DNA from: Callorhinchus milii
Lineage: Eukaryota
NCBI RefSeq assembly: GCF_018977255.1
Contig: NW_024704742.1
Coordinates: 108,626,001 to 108,690,000 of the forward strand
DNA length: 64,000 bases
Reading direction: 5' to 3'
Shown here one piece after another: positions 13,903-25,780 of this stretch. The position numbers and the translations under genes were made by a program. Under the pieces are notes generated by a model. The model did not search any database. It was not told the DNA's origin and saw only the letters and a program-made list of their open reading frames with translations. The first letter of the stretch is position 1; each line of letters opens with the position of its first letter.

Positions 13903-15227
13903 GTCTATTCAATTTCATAGTCAGACAATGCCACATTTATTGATACATAATAGCCAATATGTTTCCAACTGCAATCTATAAACTAGAGCAGTTTAAACTA
14001 GAGAGTCTCGGATGGCCTCACCGTCATGATGCAGTCAATTAATCAATCAAATTAAAAATCAATCCACTTGCACTATGTTAGCTGATCTCAGTCACAGTGA
14101 TGATGAGACAATATCCCTACACAATGGGAGGGGGAACAGGGAAATCAGGTTCCTGCTCCTGATCACAATACAGTGTGCGCACTGCTGGTCGGCAATGTGT
14201 GGATAGCAGCATGCGAGAACAGAAACGGGGTTAGTTTTAATAGCATCTATCTCACAGTCAAATAGCTCATTCCCCAGCCTTATCCATGAACAGCAATCAC
14301 TTGGCTAATTTGCTGCTACCCATGTTAGACCATCTCTTTTCAGGGAGACAGAATCGTCTTACCAAGGCCAATGCTTTGAAACAGAGTAAGCTTCACCTGT
14401 ATATTCCTCGCCATCTGTGGCCTGAGCCTGTCCACAGTTCATGATAGTGAACACAACAGGTTCACTATCATGCCTGCATCGCAGCTGATCTAGAGAGAAG
14501 CTAGGTTAAAGACATACAGAACCTCAGTAACTATTACAAAAGTTCTCTCTGTAAGGCAATATATACAAAACAAAATCTGACTGTCCAATACCCTTCCAAC
14601 ATGAAGGGCACTACATAAGTGTAATTTGTTGTTGCATTGGCCTTTTAAAAGCAAGTTCAGATATAGTGCCCACCTGATGTCCTATTAAAAATGGTGACCT
14701 CAATTTGAGGGTTTTAGAAACCTAGACACAACCTCTTAGGATCTTATCACATATCTAACTCTTGAATCAACAATAAAATAGTGCCATGCCCTTTAAGCTG
14801 GCAATGCCCAAACCCAAGGGTACTGTTCAAAGAGAGAAGCTAGAAGCTGTCACTCCCAAATACACTGGGAAAAACTGTTCTCTCTTTACGGCCAGCAGGC
14901 TAATGGAAGACAAAGAGCAGAACTAAAATAGGTGTGACTATTGTCACCCAATTGTTCACATTTTATGATCCCCTGCAGTACAACTGGAATCGGGTTATCC
15001 CCATCAGAAAGGAATCTAAAGAATTTCTGCATGACACCTGACAATTATTTTTCTCCTTACCAACCCAAGGCTTGGTTGAAGTGCTTGAGGCAGAACTTAA
15101 AAGAGGTGAAGAGCAATTCAGAGGAACTTTGGGACAAAGTTCCAGAAGATGGGGGCAGATAGGCAGGGCGGTTGACGTGAAGCAGTACAGAGGGAGTGAG
15201 CAGGTTGTTAAGGTTTGGGAAGGTCGA

Positions 15228-15590
15228 AACAACAACAATTTGCATTTATCTAACGCCCCTCATGCAGGATAGCATTCCACAGTGCTTGACAGTGGCGGAG
15301 CATGACCCTAGGCACGGTCAAATAGGAACGTCTTCAGGCGCGACCTGAAGATAAGGAAGGGGCAAGGCAGAAGGACAGAGGAAGAGTCTCAGAGGTAGGA
15401 GACAAGACCATGGAGGAATTTAAAGGTTAGGTCAAGGATCTTGAACTCGATCTGCTCAGGGATGGATAGCCAGTGGATCCAGGTAAGGATGGGGAGCTTG
15501 TGGAACTTGGTGCAGGAAAGGACATGAGCTGCAGAGTTCTGGATCGTCTGCAGCTTTTGAAGGGAAGAGTTGGCTCATCCAGCGAGCTTT
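15228..15590 (-). mobile_element. Diverged L2 3' fragment
   Basis: (AAC)n tail and the gctgcagagttctggat motif shared with the other L2 copies. Confidence 0.75.
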
Positions 15591-18500
15591 TATGGTGGGT
15601 ATTCTGGAAGTATGAGATCATATGGGACAAAGAGTCTTCCTCCAAACCTCTCTTGTGATTTCTTGTAAAAACTCTTCTTAAAAAAAAAAAAAATGTCATG
15701 GCCCTGTGAAAAGCACAAGGTGCTTTGGGTCCATAAACTCAGACTCTTGTTATAAAATTGCTAAATAAGACTTCCTGCGTGTTGTCTGGTTGCCGTTGAC
15801 ACCACTTCCTGTATGCTGCGCCTTTGCTATCGTGTGTTGTCTCTAGCCTGCCTTACATTAATTCATAGGTCTGTTGAGAAAGAATATCTGCCCAAGACAG
15901 CACAGGCAGAGTGAGCCAATATTAAATAACCAGTCACAGGCCACACTATTATAGTACAACTCACAAAATTAAAGGAATTAAAGATGCTTCTAACCTCCAT
16001 GATATACATTTTGCTTGGCTCACAAAGATGACGTAAACATTTTGTTTGTTAGTTGCAAAAAGTACTTATGAGTAGCAGTATCTGGGAATCGCGTTCAAGC
16101 TGAATCTCGCTGACTGATCAGTTTTCAGCACTGGATAACAGTTTGCATTTTTGGGATGGAATACCCATTCTATCCCTGGGGTGTCACACTCTTCATACCT
16201 AATTCTGGGGATCATAAGAGACTGTATAATATGTGCAGAAAATATCCTCCTTGTGAAATACTTTTTACAAAGGGTTTGAGGACAAGGGCCCTGGAAGGGG
16301 GCAGTGATGAGGAAGTTGCATGAAAAACAAATTTTTTGAAAAGTATTGGCAAGAAAGAAGCACAATCCGAACGTAATGAACACTTTTAGGAAAGCGCTTT
16401 GTGAGGTCCTGAGGTGTGATTTTAATCAGCGTAAAGCGATCCAAGTACATTACAGTTTACTATTATTATTAAACAGCTAAGAATGTGAAGCTGTAGAGTG
16501 AAAATTCACACAGCTCTAGAAACCAGTTTGAATGCAGTACAATCTTACTGTTATGTGAATGTTAGCAGTGGAATGGAATAATCCACAAACCTGCAACCTC
16601 TTGATATGCAAGGTTTGAATTCCTCAATGATATGGAAGTCTTAGAGTCCAAGTTTCGCTTTGGTGCTAATAACATCATGTTCTGAACTTTTATTCCTGTG
16701 CCATTCCTTAAAGTTTCTCAATCTATTACAGTAATTGTTTTCTTGTCTTCCGTTAACTATAACATTTAAGTTCTGAAATCACAATGGGCTTACGGGGTAC
16801 TCCACCGTAGAAGCTCTAATTGGAGAAACGTTTAAGTTTCAAAAACCTTGAGCAAGACAGGAGATAAACTTCAGGAAAAGCACCGATTCACTCCTTCAAA
16901 AATGAGATGGGTAAGTATCAATTGCCTAAAATAAGTCACTACACTTTACAGTATATCTTGTGAAGTGCTTTGATTTTCCAATCCTGAAATGTAAAGATTG
17001 TTTTGCCTGGTTATCAGTTTATCTGCTACCAACATTTTATTGGTAACAGTATTGGAGGTTATAGGTTAGATGAACAAAATACTCTGTGGGATACAATGGT
17101 TTCTGTGCTAGTTGGGGAGTCCACTGTTGCACGTGTGGAGAGGGGGGAGGAGAGCCAGAGTTGAATATTGGTGATATCTTGGCTATTTTCCTTGATCACC
17201 TTCAGATGGAGGGGGAGTGTCAATGTGGAACCTTCCGCAGGGCCTTGATGGAGTCAATGTACTTTTCTTGTACCATGCTTTTAAATATAAATAAAGCATC
17301 ATTGTTCTAATCACAGTCACTAGGACTGAAATTCAGCTCATCAGAAAAATGAGCAATTTGTTTCTCCCTATGCAGAGTAAATTATTTTTCATTTTTCCAT
17401 GCTTTTACGCTCAAATTCTGTGATGCTAGTGCAGCTTATGTCAGCAACATGCACTCTTGGGGTAGATTTTGAACATAATTGTGTTTCTAGGTATTAACAA
17501 CCATAATAATGACCTTTGCATTTGATAAGGCGTCTGAATGAGTCACCGAGACGTCTCACAATACTTTGTAGGATTTTACTGTAAAGTGGTTTGACTGCAT
17601 TTTGTGAGCAAAATAATGCTGTTCCAACACTAGGAATGTGAAACTGTTGGAAGAAAGCAATTTAGTAAACTCATAGTAAATAAAAATTGGACTTCCAAGA
17701 ATGGTACTGTAAAGGTACAAATATCTCTGTCCAAAGGTAACCTGGCTAAAGACAAAGCTGGGGCAGTGCAGGTTGGAGACATTTAATATATCCCACCCTT
17801 AATTAAGTATTTGAAGGGAGCAAACCTGTAGGCCACACCTGATAAAGAAATGTATCTGCAGAAGGAGCGTGACAATATTTAAGTCTGAGACTAAAAATAA
17901 CTGTTGAGATGGATGTCTACTAAAGTTGAAATTGTTTACTGTAGTTTGTCTTCCCCTCCCTCACCTGTCATGCTTCGTTACGGAGCCCAAGTCAGGACTT
18001 TGAACTCACAGTATGAATTCACACAATTTTGGCACAAAATAAGGGTGTGGTGAGAGCTGTCAGAGTGCTGTCCTTCGAATGAGATGTTAAACGTTTGTTT
18101 GTTCAGCTGGATGTTAAAGATCTCATGGCACTATTCGAAAGAGAAGGGAGTTTCTACCGGTGTCCTTGCCAACAATACTTCAGATTAAATAGATCATATA
18201 TTCTGCATATAATAAATAATAAATAGAATTATATTCTGTGAGGCACTTTGAGACATCCCGAAGATGTGATAAGGCGCTATGTCAAATGCAAGGATTATTA
18301 TTATTATTATCATTTACTTCATGGCTGTCTGCGGGACTTTGCTGTGCACAAATTAACTGTAGCATTCACCCACAAATAATACATACACTGCACTTTACAG
18401 CAGTTTAAGACATCAACAAAGTGACATATCAAATGAAACGATTAGTATTATTTGTTATGTTGTCTTTGATACTTCTCAGTAAGTAATCCAGCAGGTACGC

Positions 18501-19994
18501 CAATATTTGTTTAATTACACAGCTCACTTTAAAACAAATCCATGAACCATTTATTGGCTCAAAAAATTCTGTGCCTGTGCTTCACAGTCACTTTAGGAAA
18601 TATATGTGAAGTTTATATACAGGAAATGAAAAAGTAAAATATTGCACACCAACCTCCACAACACTCCATACTTACATTAACAAGTGAACAAATTATATAA
18701 AAAGGGGCCAATTTAACTTTAGATTATAATCAGACATATTATTTGTTTACCCTCGATTGGATTTGCGTTATGTCAGGCTGCACATTGCAGCAACCTATAT
18801 CCTGGGTGACTGGCTTAAGCGGCTGGGCACGTTCCAAACTGATCTGTTTTTTAAAACTGGGACGAAAGAAATCTTGTTTTGAACAATACACTCTCATTGT
18901 TGCAGATACAATACATGCCTAGAAAGGCAATACGATTGGGAGGAGGCTGGAAACCAACAATTGAGAATGCAATCCATACTTTAAGCAGAGAAACCTTATT
19001 TACAAGTGGAGAATGTACTGTCACTCTGAATTATTTTCCAATGCTCTGAGATGCTACTCCACATGAACTGTGCTATATCAATGTAAGTTAATCTTCAAGG
19101 CTTTAAAGTTTGAAAGAGAGAATTGTGAAAAGGAAAAATTAGCGTAGTAAGGGGAAGGTATACAAACATATTCTTGGGTAGAAATTCCACCAGGGCCTAG
19201 AATTAATCTATTGGTATAGCATCTTAGGAGCATCCAGAATTTGTCAAATTTTTTAAATTATTTTTTAAAAAAAGGAAATACTGTACTTTGCATTCTCTCA
19301 TTCACAATAGTTTCATTTTGTTTTATTAAGAGTAAATACTCAGCAGACATAAAATAAGGTTAGCAGCAAATCAAACCTGAAGGCAGCAGACTTGTGACTG
19401 TGGTATTTTCTAGTCCGTGGCAGATATCATCTGACCTCACATCATCCTGCCCTGTCCACTAAAATAGGCACACACATAGGAGGGTCCATGTGACTGTGAC
19501 AAGTTTCAAAATGAAGATTAAAAATAAGGAATACTGTAAAGAATGCTTGCATTATTTAGTAAATTACAGCAATCCTTTTATTTTAATCTTCTGCTTCACA
19601 TGGTTGTCTAATATAACTTACCTAAGACTGTCCCAAGATCATAGAGGAAACACTCGGATGAGAGAGCAGAGCACCGCCACCACTTGGGAATATACTGTAT
19701 TCCAGCAAGAAGTACTAAAAGGTGTAGTGCAGAAGTCAAGTACTGAATTTCACAGGAGATGTCACTGAAAATAATATACAAGAGATCCTGACCATCCTGT
19801 TTAATTATAAATGTCAAGTAGTCACCAGTCTCTGCAAACAAAAGCGGGAACTAGAGGTGCAGAATTTGGGAGAGCAACCCCTGTATTAACCTGAATTCCT
19901 ACTGGATAAGAATGTGTGGCAAATATGTTATTTGAGGTGAAGGTAAAGGGGGACCCTGATAGAGGTCTTTAAAATTATGGGAGCACTAGAGAGT

Positions 19995-20337
19995 GGAGTC
20001 TTATAGCTTAGTGGTTAGAGTGCTTACCTCTCAAGTGAGAGAATCTGGGTTCAATTTCCGGGCAGGGCAAAACGTTGGGCAAGTTTCCTTACTCCACACG
20101 CCTGTTTACCTAGCAGTAAGTAGGAACCCGGTTGTTAGTCGATTGGTGGATCGCTTTTTCGGGGGTAATAATTCTTGTAAAAAAATGTGGTCATTTAATC
20201 CACGACTGGGATTGCTGTGCACAATTGGCTGCCACATTTCGCTCACAGTCAACTCACATTACAGTATGTTCTGTGAAGTGCTCTGAGATGTCTAGAAGAT
20301 GTGATAAGGAGCTATATCAAATGCAAGGATTATTATC
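19995..20337 (+). mobile_element. Full-length SINE, subfamily with an internal extra segment
   Basis: Contains gtttacctagcagtaagtaggaacccggttgttagtcgattgg, which is absent from the 38022 type. Confidence 0.9.
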
Positions 20338-20540
20338 AAAAACCACAAAATACTGCGGGTGCTGAAAATCTGAAACCAAAATAGAAAACCTTTCGTCAGA
20401 ACAGAACCCAATCTGGGACCTAGGTTTGATTTAAAGTATGTTCTGACGAAGCATCGTGGACCCAAAACGTAGACTCACTTTCCTTTCTCCATAGATGCTG
20501 CCTGACCTGCTGAGTGTTCCCAGCAACTTCTGTTTTAGCA
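20338..20540. mobile_element. Palindromic repeat, probably Penelope-like terminal repeats
   Basis: Inverted ttcgtcagaaca/tgttctgacgaa and the shared ctccatagatgctgcctgacctgctg segment. Confidence 0.55.
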
Positions 20541-20869
20541 AGTATTATTATTATCAATTTAAGAATTACCAAGGGAGCAAAGGAGGAGATTAAAGAAATG
20601 ACGTTGCGTACATTCTCAATTTATCAATAAGGTTACTGTCCTCGGTAGTGAACTGTTCCTCGCCTTCAACTGCATAATATTAATCACTTTTGTGATGTGC
20701 TGGCATATTCTTCTCACTCCTCTGTCCTGGCAAAATGTGGATCCAAACACTTCCTGCTTGTAAACCACGTCATGTGGCAGAATTGTACTGTGCTTCCGTA
20801 AGCAGCTTGCTAGGCACCACACCATTAGTAAGACCAGCAGAAAAGTGCCATACAATAATATAATCATAA

Positions 20870-21285
20870 CAATAATGATTCTTTGCTTTTAGTGTAGTGC
20901 CTTTCAGGTTGGGAGGGCATTCAAAGTGCTTCACATGATTTATTATGAAGTGGAGTGCCTGCGTATTTGTGGGCGAATGTGGCAGCTAATTTGAGTACAG
21001 CAATCACTCAGGCATGAAATGAATAACCAAATTTTATTTGAAGGATTATTGGCCAGGACACTGGGAGTAACTCCCTTCTCTTTTCAAACATTCACCTGAA
21101 CAGGCAGATGGGACCTCGGTTTAACATCTCATTCAAAGGTCGCACCTTCAACGATGCAACATACACTCAGCACTGCATTGGAATGTCAACCTTGACTATG
21201 TGAGTTCAAATCCTGATGTGGGGCTTAAACCCACAATCTTCCGACTCAGAAGCAAGAGTGCTACCACTGAGCCAGGCTGACACAC
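20870..21285 (-). mobile_element. Ancient DeuSINE-like element
   Basis: Head gtgtcagcctggctcagtggtagcactcttgc and core gagatgttaaaccgagg. Related old copies lie at about 4300-4610, 8250-8670, 17960-18430, 30040-30660, 41590-41880, 48360-48775, 56270-56545 and 61200-61335. Confidence 0.75.
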
Positions 21286-23794
21286 AATACTAATGACTGT
21301 TACTATTTTTAGGTGCCATCAATCCTGTCTGTGGGATGGTTTTACAGCTGTCATCACTGCTGCATATTTCACCAAATACAGGGATCATCGAGTGGAAGAT
21401 TGGACTGGGTTGGCATTTTGAGGTTGTTTTTAGCTCTATCCAAGATTACAAGAGGTGCTACAGTTGGAGGTTATTCGGTCTCCAACTTTTCTTTTTTTTA
21501 AAAAAATATATCTACTACGAGACAATTACTATGACAGAAGCAGGCAGTGCACAATGAGATAGGGTCTTCAGCCTTTCAGACTTGGCTATTAGCAGTGAAA
21601 GTTCATTATCCTTAAGTGGCAGGTAGTATTGGGCACAATTTTGCCACAAGCAAGTTCCCCTAATAGCCTATTGAAAAGAATGGCCATCTGATGTGACATT
21701 AAACCATACAGATCAGAGGGCCCCAGTTTTGAATAGATTGTGGGAGAGGATAACATCTGGCCCAGGCAGGATATATCTCATTTCTCTTTACACTGGTTTA
21801 GATCCCCCCCATCTCCAATAACTAAACATTAAGGCAAGCAATGTGGAATGTGAAGCAGCAGAACACAAAACTGCTATATGTATACAAAGAACATTCTGCT
21901 ATATGCCACTGTCCAGGACGTCCGCAACAACAATTATTCCACCGATACCTGCTTACAAACTGAATTACTATCAAACAAAGTGCATGCCCATCAATAAGGC
22001 ATCCCAGAATAACTGCAAAGATAAACAGTAACACCCAAAAATCTCAATCCAACAAAAATACGTTTCCTTCTTCTGCACACGAAGTTGGGTGGAATAACCT
22101 GCAGATCATTGCTTGTGGGTAGGGTGGAATATCGCTCCAAAAAAAGCATGCTCTAATAGTAAAGGTATCTGCACTTCATTAAAATGTTCTCTGTCAATGC
22201 ATTGATACAGGAACTTCAGGTTCCCTATATATGTGGGCAGACAAATGGTCATAGACATGGAATGCCAAGAAAATAACAGCATAATTGGTGGCCTAACTTC
22301 ATAAAAAAACTCGACTCTCCAGAACATCAAGTGCATATCCTGACTCATGGGTCAGAGTTCAGTCTGTGACTAGAGATAAATGCACCTAATGTAATCCAGT
22401 GTATAAAGGGAAATAATACTAACCATGGTCAATTTCCATTCAGTTCCCCCACATTTCTTCTACGACATCCTCCTACTCAAACTCTTTCCAACACCCAAGT
22501 TACTTCCTACCCATTTTGGCCCTCTCAGGCTTCCCTGATGGCTTTCTTAGAGGATTGATCTGATGACCAGCTGCCCCAAACAAAAATGAAGGATCAGGTT
22601 TGACTGTGGGTCTGTGCTGGGTTAGATGATTCTAGCCGGGGCAGCAGTAGGGCAATACAACTAATTTAGTCTTAATTCGGAAACCATTTTTTCCACAGTT
22701 CTTTAAAAGACCTGCAATTACTAAATCGTTTTAAAAACTGCAAGAAAATTTACATTTATATAGTGTATTTCAGGTCAGGAGGGAGGACTTCCCAAAGCTC
22801 TTGCCCTCTAGGCTGGTTAGCCAAACAGGTGGGAGCCGAGGTGGGGGGTTGCTAAAATGACATAAAATTAGGTAGTGTACTCTGACTGGATTTCTAGTGG
22901 CATTGATTCTAAGCATGATCTACGTTGACTGCGTGCCAGTGCTGCTATCATGAATATTTCCATATGTACATTTGCATCACAGCAGGAATTTGAGAACAAG
23001 CAGAATAATGAGCACCAGAGAAACAACTCTGGACTCTGGTGAACCTCTGAATCTGGCTGATATGTTACTAATCTACTAAATGCTGGTAATGAAGATAAAA
23101 TAAGATTTTTTTCAGGGAGGGTTTGGGCTGTTTGTTGTCCCTTTAGATTTTCTGTTTAATAAAAGTCAGTTCTTTGCACTACCAGTGGTAATTAGACTGA
23201 CTTTCTTACCAAACAGTAGTATTATAAAATGAGCTGCATGCCTGGGATGGGTTGCACCTTCAGCCCTCCCTGACTCATTATGTTTTGTTCTTTGCAATTT
23301 GTGACTCAGTGTAGTGTAATTTGGGCAGCTCTTAACTGACTGCTCCATTGCAGACACTTTAACACTGGCCACAGTATGTTCCATAGTTTGTTAGAAGCTG
23401 AGCATAATTACATGTTTATCTATTTACTGGGTACTGCCTTAAGATTCTTTATTGTAAATAGCTTTCCTAGCTTAACATTAATACTGACACACCAGTATGG
23501 TTTAATCTTGGTTTAAGTACACGTGAAACAAGGACTAAGTTGTCACTCCTCCTCAGACAGAAGGTGGTTTTCAATAGATCTGGTCAGTGAAGGAAGTGAT
23601 GAATTGTAGGGATCTGTGCCACTTAGTGTGTTGGTTATTTGTGATTTCATCAGTTTTGTAAAACATGGAGGCGTCCATAGAGAAACTGAACACTTCTCCG
23701 GCAGCTGTTAACAGCAATCATATTCTGCTCTCAGGTTGCAGATTCTTCCAGTGATAAACAAGCATAAAATCAGATTAATATTTTTGAATACACT

Positions 23795-23925
23795 CTTAAA
23801 ACCAAAGCTGTGAACTGGAGGACAGCGAATTGTATCCCATTATTCAGAAAAGCAGTGAGACATGAGGTTGGAAATTATATACCACTTAGCCCAATCTCAT
23901 CAGGGGGTAAAATACTTGACAGCAT
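23795..23925 (+). mobile_element. Old CR1 RT fragment
   Basis: Degenerate WRTAN..PLF.K...GNY.P.S..S..GKIL motif. Confidence 0.6.
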
Positions 23926-25589
23926 GATATGGCTATTAATATTCTAAAGAGCTGCATAGAAACAGAGCATAAATTCAGCATGCAACTGCTACAAGAATCC
24001 ATCACTTCAACTGTTGATCACTTTACACATCTGGTTTTGTTTGAGGTGGTTTTAAAAATAAACAAACCAGTCCCAGTGAACGAAATTATAGCAATCCTTG
24101 TATTTAATACAGTGTCTTATCAGGTCAAAACACTTCACAGAATTTACGATAAAGCTACTGTGTTTGATATTCCACACGGTGACTCAAATTTCCCAGGTTT
24201 CACTGCAGGAGAAGTGGAAACCAACTTAATTCAGTCCATTTCCTCTGGAAAAATGATTTGGACATCTGGGTTCAAAATCTTTGGGGATTTCTTTGTACTA
24301 TACCATTGTACTGAGGCTAATGGTGGAAGGGGGCAATTTAACCTTAGAGTGCTACAGTTATACACCATCTGAGAGAAACAACTTACATTATCATAGTCAA
24401 AGTGTCACAAAGTGTTTCATAGTTTCTGTATTTGCTGTTGATTGTAGTAATGTCTTTGTAGGCAAACAGGGCGGCTACAGGGCAATGATCCAAGAACAGC
24501 CAGTAGGTGAAATGATAATTTGATCACAATTTCTCAAAAGTGTTCAAAACTGATTTTGATTATTCAAAATTTAAGACTGTGTAGATTCTTCATTCCCCCC
24601 ACCCACCCACCCTGAATGGCACTATGTAAATGTAAGTTTTTCTGCAGTTTAAAAAGGGATTTTATGACTACAAGTCTCTAAGAACTGTGGAAAAACATAA
24701 ATGTATGGTTTACGATAGGATGGACAGAAAAAGCAGGGTGATGTTTGGGACAAGATTGGAAGGAAAGTAATTAGAATAATAATAAAAATAATCCTTGCAT
24801 CTGATACAGTGCCTTATCACATCTTCAAGACGTCTCAAAGCGCTCCACAGAATATACTGTGGAGTGAATTGACTGTAAATTTTGTACGCGAAATGCGGCA
24901 GCCAATTGTGCACAACAGTGTCCCACAAACAGTCGTGGATTGAAAATGACAAATTTATTATTGTTTTGTTTTGAAACAAACTGTTTCCCAGATTGGTAAT
25001 TTCACCTTTCTGTAATATGCATCATTACTATATAAAATATTTGTTTAAAAATATCTGTCTCTGTGAGTTTGGTATTCAAAATCTGAAAATTCACAATTTT
25101 GCTTCATTGAAATAGCAAAAATTTTATTTAACGTATGTACAATATAAGATTGGCTCACTTGCAGTCAACAGATGTTTAAAGGAAAGATAGACAGATATTT
25201 GGGTAGTAGAGTTTTAAGGTATACAATGAAAGGGTGGGATAAAAAAATTGGCCAAAACTGGTGGAACAGATTCAATGAATTGAATGGTCTCCACCCGTTC
25301 TCCTATGTCAGTACAGATCCTATTCACTCAGTTCCTAGTTTATTCAAAGAAACAAAAGTCAAATGAGAAACCCAGACACCAAGAAGTGACCTGATTTAAT
25401 ATCTTCATTACTGTAAACATTTCATCAACAACAATTTTTTCATATTTGGTAGAAATTAATCACCACAATCACATTAGTGGTTTCCATTTAAAAATATGTC
25501 CATGGTATTAGACTTTCTCTTGATAGGAAGTGAAATGTCCATTAGATAAACATAGTTTTAAAAGCGTATCTTGCTTGCTCACAATAAAT

Positions 25590-25780
25590 ACAAATTTACA
25601 TTTATATCTTTTTAATATCATTCATATCAGGAGGATGTGCCAAAGCACTTAATCCTGGTTTGGCACCTGAGCTGGGGGTGGGAATCGAGAGGGGTGGCAA
25701 GGGAAAGATGATCGAAAGAATGGTCAAAGAGGTTGGTCTTGAGATGGACCCTGAACGAGGTGAGGGAGAGAGCAAAGGTG
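25590..25780 (-). mobile_element. L2 3' fragment
   Basis: Frame FRVHLKTNLFDHSF and an L2-type tail. Confidence 0.75.

Noticed and set aside
14397..14489. 93-nt minus-strand exon-like segment
   Set aside because: In-frame stop and a weak donor (gtgaag).
22511..22570. 60-nt minus-strand exon-like segment
   Set aside because: Open only in phase 1, incompatible with the phase-0 neighbours; weak splice sites.
23270..23310. Paired AP-1 sites (TGACTCA)
   Set aside because: Short motifs expected by chance in 64 kb; no independent support.
23929..24372. 147-aa ORF
   Set aside because: No recognisable motif or splice support; it lies next to CR1 debris and antisense within an intron.
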